DNA of 64,000 bases, taken from NCBI GenBank assembly GCA_002839825.1, contig PGYU01000001.1, positions 462,698 to 526,697 of the forward strand, read 5' to 3'. Numbering within the stretch: position 1 is the stretch's first letter; every line of letters begins with the position of its first letter. The translations under genes were made by a program, and so were the position numbers. This document shows positions 59,808 through 64,000 of the stretch, one piece after another. This stretch comes from Ignavibacteriae bacterium HGW-Ignavibacteriae-1. GTDB lineage: Bacteria; Bacteroidota; Ignavibacteria; Kapaibacteriales; UBA2268. Below the pieces are notes generated by a model, which was not told the DNA's origin, ran no database searches, and worked only from the letters and a program-made list of their open reading frames with translations.

Positions 59808-59847
59808 GGGCATGATGCTGATGTCCACATGCTAAGAATTACTATTT

Positions 59848-61095
59848 TTGAATTATGTTTCAATGGGGATGTGCAAAATGATTGAATTTCGGGATTATAA
59901 GGTTGCCGGACGCGACGTTTTGGCTGTGGATGGCAGAATTGACGGCGTTACTTCGTCGGAGCTCGCAAATAAATTGTCGCAAATTATTGCTTCCGGCGAA
60001 CGCATTATTGTGATGGATTGCGATGGTGTGAATTTTGTGAGTTCAGCGGGGTTACGGGTTTTGCTTGTAAGCCAGCAAAAACTCGCAGGAGCGGGCGGTA
60101 TGATGGTGATGTATCGTATGAACGAGAGCATCTTTAAAATCTTCAAGATGAGCGGCTTTGATAGGGTATTTAAGATTGTGGCGAACGAGGCAGAGCTTCT
60201 CCACTTGATTTCGACACAAAAAGTTGAATCCGAACTTATCAGCTCTACTCGTGACGGAATTAAGTTTGAGTATCAGCAATTTGACACTCCGAGCGGAAAG
60301 TTCGCAAAATTCACAAATAACGATAATATCCGAAATTCCGCGATTACTTCGGCTGATGTTAGGTCTTTCTCGCCGAATGAAATTCAATATGGTGTTGGCA
60401 ATGCTGCATTGGGCGATAATTTTGAAGATTATAAAAATTATTTCGGCGAGGCACTGGTCCTCCAAAACTCACTTTTCTACTATCCAGCGGTGAATCGCCC
60501 GGCGGTTGATTTTATGCAATATGACCCTGATGCTGATGATATTAAATATAACTTTGCTGACGGATTCTCGTTTTCTGGTGATTTTTACGCAAAAGTTTCT
60601 TTCGATGCAACTACTGATGGTGCTGATTTTGAAGAAATTTTAGCCGGAGTTAGCGAACTTTCAGGTTTGAAATCATTTGGTGTCGTATTTTTGGCTGAAA
60701 GCAAAGGTATTCGTGGAATAAGCATCAAAAAAGTCCCCACAAACGAGAACAAACCTGCAAATTCGCAAGATATTTTCCATCCTGATAATTTTTCAAATTG
60801 GTTCAATTACCCTATCGAAGCTGAAGATGTGAATTTGATTGCAGCAGGTGTAGGAATTTATGCTGATAAGGGAAGTAAATTTTACACTGAAAATTTGTCG
60901 GCTTTCCCGGCAGAGCTTAATTATCACTTGCATGTCGGAATTTTTGACAGAGATGTTTTGAGTTATAAGATTCACTTTTTCGACGATGAACTCAAAAAAG
61001 TGCGACAAGAATTGAATCCGCTCCGACTTAAACATTTGTTGGGCAAATCGCGTTTCAGCTTTGGATGTTTGGGTATAATTAAGTTGGAGGCATAA
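59848..61095 (+). CDS. STAS-domain (anti-sigma-antagonist fold) protein with an uncharacterised ~300 aa C-terminal domain
   Basis: The N-terminal ~110 aa (MIEFRDYKVAGRDVLAVDGRIDGVTSSELANKL...VMDCDGVNFVSSAGLRVLLV...) matches STAS/SpoIIAA. The remainder is unrecognised. Its stop is 1 bp before the ABC permease start. An alternative start is 59878. Confidence 0.6.
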   Translation: MNYVSMGMCKMIEFRDYKVAGRDVLAVDGRIDGVTSSELANKLSQIIASGERIIVMDCDGVNFVSSAGLRVLLVSQQKLAGAGGMMVMYRMNESIFKIFKMSGFDRVFKIVANEAELLHLISTQKVESELISSTRDGIKFEYQQFDTPSGKFAKFTNNDNIRNSAITSADVRSFSPNEIQYGVGNAALGDNFEDYKNYFGEALVLQNSLFYYPAVNRPAVDFMQYDPDADDIKYNFADGFSFSGDFYAKVSFDATTDGADFEEILAGVSELSGLKSFGVVFLAESKGIRGISIKKVPTNENKPANSQDIFHPDNFSNWFNYPIEAEDVNLIAAGVGIYADKGSKFYTENLSAFPAELNYHLHVGIFDRDVLSYKIHFFDDELKKVRQELNPLRLKHLLGKSRFSFGCLGIIKLEA

Positions 61096-61096
61096 A

Positions 61097-63931
61097 ATGG
61101 AACTATGGATAGGTGCGATTAATTTAGGCTTGATTTACGGATTTATGACAATTGGGATTTACCTGACGTATAAGTTTCTCGATTTCCCTGATATAACCGT
61201 TGACGGTAGTTTTACTTTTGGGGCTGCAATTACATCGGTGTTGATTGTAGGAGGAACAAATCCGGTGCTAGCATTGATAATAGCTTCATTCGGAGGTATG
61301 TTTGCAGGTTCGGTAACGGGGATAATTCATACAAAAATGCGAGTGAACGGGCTTCTTTCGGGTATTTTAGTGATGATTGGGCTTTATTCAATCAATTTGC
61401 ATATCATGGGACGAAGCAACGTACCTTTGTTGAACAGCCCGAGCTTTACAAATATTTTGGACAGCTTCAATCCGGGAATTGGTATTGAATTTTGGTTAGC
61501 AATATGTATGATAGTCATTGTTGGGCTCTTTTCGATAAAAGTGGCATTATTTTTCAAATCGGATTTGGGAATGTCATTGATAGCAACGGGAAATAACCCT
61601 ATTATGAGTTCAGCGTTGGGCGTGAATGTTGATTCGATGAAAATATTCGGGATTGCACTATCAAACGGGATGATTGCATTTTCGGGTGGTATGATAGCCC
61701 AATATCAGGGTTTTGCAGATATTGGGATGGGCATCGGTATGATAATTAATGGGCTGGCAGCTGTGATTATTGGCGAATCAATTTTCAAATCAAGGTCGAT
61801 TTTTGTGAAAATCGCAAGCGCGGTGGTTGGTTCGATTATTTTCAGGTTGATGATTGCTCTCGCCTTATATGCCGGAATGAATCCGATTGATTTGAAATTG
61901 CTGACTTCACTCTTTGTACTTGGAACATTATATATCGGGCTTAAAATTTCGAAAAATGAAAAAAATCGCAAAAAGCCATTGAGCATAAAAGTAAATAAAA
62001 AAGTTGCTTATGCAGTGGTAGTGTCTTTGCTTGGAATAGCGACTATATATGGTTTGAACAAATTGATTGATTCGCAAGGCGGAAGTTCCGATGGTAAGCA
62101 TGTAGTCGGAATTGTCCAAATTGACAGCAACCCGATTTTGGATATGACTCGAGAGGGCTTTTTGGAAGAAATGAAAAAGCTCGGATATGAGGATGGTCAA
62201 AATATTGAATTTAAAATTCAAGATGCAAATGGCGATTTGGCAACACTAAATTCGATTATTGATAATTTTGTTATGAGCGAAGTGTGTTTGATTGTAACCA
62301 TTTCCACTCCTGCTACACAAGTGGCAATCACCAAAGTGAAGGACATTCCGGTAGTGTTTGCTACTGTTGCGAATCCATTCATAATTAATGCCGGAACGTC
62401 GGATTCAAACCATTTACCAAACGTCACAGGCGTTTATGGATGGGCTCCGATGGATAAAACTCTTGAATTAGTTCGAGAAATCTTCCCTCGTGAATTGAAA
62501 ATCGGCACAATTTGGAACGCCGGACAGGCAAACTCGGAATTTAATGTTGATAATTTGAAACATGAAATATCTAAATATCCTGATATGAGCTTTGAAGGTG
62601 CAACTATCACTTCTACTTCTGAAGTTCGCGAAGCTGCCACATCTTTAGTGCAGAAAAAAATTGATGCTTTTGTTCTGGTACCCGAAAATACTGTTTTTGC
62701 GGCATTTGACGCAGTCGCCAAAGTTGCGGAGATGAACAAAATCCCGATTTTCATAAATGACGTTGAAAGGCTTAACGATGGTGCATTAGCTGCTTTGGGA
62801 TATGATTACAAATCAAGTGGTCAAGACGCGGCTCACATTGTTAATCGTGTGCTAAATGGTGAAAAACCGGCTGATATCCCATTCAGCCGATATACTAAAT
62901 TAACTTTCGGATTGAATAATGACGTTGCCGAAAAATTAAAAATATCTTTCTCAGATGAATTGAAATTCAAAGCGAATAAATTTGTCGGAAAAAAAGATGT
63001 CAAAAAAATGATGAAAATCGGAATGGTTCAATTCGCAATGGAACCGAATGTTGAACTTGCAAAAGAAGGTTTCATCAAAGCTTTGAACAGCAACGGATAT
63101 TTCGATGGCGAAAATGTTGAAATCATTTATCGAAATGCGAACGCAGATTTTTCGATGATAAATTCGATTATGCAGGATTTGATTTCGCGTGATGTTGATA
63201 TCATCGTGCCCTTGTCAACGCCGGTTGTCCAAGCGGCTGTCCAAATGGTTGGCAATAGAGCCAAACCGATTGTGGTATTTACTTACATTTACGACCCGTA
63301 TAAAATCGGAGCTGCAAAATCTCCAACTGACCACCTGCCGAATTTCACCGGATATGCGTGCTTCCCTCCTATCGAACGGATGTTGGATTTGATTAAGGAG
63401 ATGTTGCCCAACCGCACGAAATTAGGATTGGTTTGGAATTCGTCCGAAGCAAATTCTGAATCAGTCGTTAGTAAGATTAGGCAATATGCTCCTAAGATAG
63501 GTCTTGAGGTGATTGAGTCAACAGTGACCAATCCATCTGAAGTCTTGGATGCATCAAATGCGTTGGTGAATAAAGGTGCTCAAATATTTATGAATGGCGG
63601 CGACAACACTTTGAACGTGAGTTATGACAGTTTTGTCAAAGTGGCTGAAGCTAAGAACATTCCGGTATTTTCGGTTGACGCCGAATTTATCACAAATAAA
63701 ACTATTGCGATTTTAGGACCAAATTATCACCGAACAGGTTTTGACGGTGGCACTTATGCAGTCAGAGTTTTGAATGGCGAAAGTCCTGCAAAAATGCCAA
63801 TAATGCAAACGACAATGACGAGTTTCTTCTTGAATTTGGATGTTGCTGAAAAATTGGGAATTAAGCTGAGCGATGGTTTGATAAATCGAGCCGAAATGGT
63901 CATAAAAGATTCGAAGGAGATAAAAAAATGA
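61097..63931 (+). CDS. ABC transporter permease (COG4120/BPD_transp_2-like) fused to two tandem periplasmic substrate-binding domains (PF04392/COG2984 ABC_sub_bind)
   Basis: About 290 aa with ~8 TM helices. Then two ~300 aa segments each starting with a ...IG.VQ....p.ld...eGF...l...Gy.dG.N.e...... pattern typical of PF04392. Confidence 0.65.
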   Translation: MELWIGAINLGLIYGFMTIGIYLTYKFLDFPDITVDGSFTFGAAITSVLIVGGTNPVLALIIASFGGMFAGSVTGIIHTKMRVNGLLSGILVMIGLYSINLHIMGRSNVPLLNSPSFTNILDSFNPGIGIEFWLAICMIVIVGLFSIKVALFFKSDLGMSLIATGNNPIMSSALGVNVDSMKIFGIALSNGMIAFSGGMIAQYQGFADIGMGIGMIINGLAAVIIGESIFKSRSIFVKIASAVVGSIIFRLMIALALYAGMNPIDLKLLTSLFVLGTLYIGLKISKNEKNRKKPLSIKVNKKVAYAVVVSLLGIATIYGLNKLIDSQGGSSDGKHVVGIVQIDSNPILDMTREGFLEEMKKLGYEDGQNIEFKIQDANGDLATLNSIIDNFVMSEVCLIVTISTPATQVAITKVKDIPVVFATVANPFIINAGTSDSNHLPNVTGVYGWAPMDKTLELVREIFPRELKIGTIWNAGQANSEFNVDNLKHEISKYPDMSFEGATITSTSEVREAATSLVQKKIDAFVLVPENTVFAAFDAVAKVAEMNKIPIFINDVERLNDGALAALGYDYKSSGQDAAHIVNRVLNGEKPADIPFSRYTKLTFGLNNDVAEKLKISFSDELKFKANKFVGKKDVKKMMKIGMVQFAMEPNVELAKEGFIKALNSNGYFDGENVEIIYRNANADFSMINSIMQDLISRDVDIIVPLSTPVVQAAVQMVGNRAKPIVVFTYIYDPYKIGAAKSPTDHLPNFTGYACFPPIERMLDLIKEMLPNRTKLGLVWNSSEANSESVVSKIRQYAPKIGLEVIESTVTNPSEVLDASNALVNKGAQIFMNGGDNTLNVSYDSFVKVAEAKNIPVFSVDAEFITNKTIAILGPNYHRTGFDGGTYAVRVLNGESPAKMPIMQTTMTSFFLNLDVAEKLGIKLSDGLINRAEMVIKDSKEIKK

Positions 63932-64000
63932 TACAAATCAAGGATTTTCATAAAGTTTTCAATCGTGGTACTATAAACGAAGTTTATGCACTGAAAAATA
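63928..64000 (+). CDS. ABC transporter ATP-binding protein (5' fragment; continues beyond the window)
   Basis: The ATG overlaps the preceding TGA. MIQIKDFHKVFNRGTINEVYALKN is a typical ABC ATPase N-terminus. Confidence 0.55.
   Translation, partial: MIQIKDFHKVFNRGTINEVYALKN

Noticed and set aside
46430-59810. Classical integrative element (integrase/att) at the tRNA
   Set aside because: No integrase, recombinase, transposase or phage gene is present, and I could not find a duplicated tRNA 3' end. Only the weaker statement of an accessory region or compositional anomaly is supported.

Overview
This 64 kb window looks AT-rich by eye and is densely coding on both strands. Three things point to the FCB group (Bacteroidota/Ignavibacteriota-like): many secreted proteins end in type-IX-secretion (T9SS, Por_Secre_tail) C-terminal domains; the primary sigma factor is short (286 aa); and Cys lipoboxes are common. 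Most of the window is core housekeeping: a fused E2o-E1o 2-oxoglutarate dehydrogenase, Ppx/GppA, prmA, kdsC, pyrC, rnhB, folE-queD, an LptD-like outer-membrane protein, pspA plus a YbjN-like gene, ybaB-recR, hisS, lipA, rpoD, an S41 peptidase, glyQS, an NdpA-like nucleoid protein, uvrA, etfBA and a tRNA with anticodon CAT. Two regions are not housekeeping. (1) At 3.9-6.0 kb a T9SS cargo gene is bracketed by two copies of a ~85 bp hairpin element and by unusually structured intergenic DNA (a nested 200 bp palindrome, tandem repeats, twin hairpins and a perfect palindrome). (2) Downstream of the tRNA (46.35 kb) lies a probable accessory island. It holds a beta-propeller T9SS protein, a WYL-domain regulator divergent from an FkbM-family methyltransferase with clearly foreign (C-ending) codon usage, a CarboxypepD_reg/FN3/LamG lipoprotein, and two giant paralogous T9SS cargo proteins (1101 and 1379 aa). 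The giants are built from a beta-propeller, a CBM-like domain, tandem ~75 aa Cys-containing Ig-like repeats and a cohesin-like domain, and their ends are ~85-90% identical at the nucleotide level. After these comes a STAS-domain protein translationally coupled to an ABC permease that is fused to two tandem PF04392 substrate-binding domains. I found no CRISPR array, integrase, transposase or rRNA.
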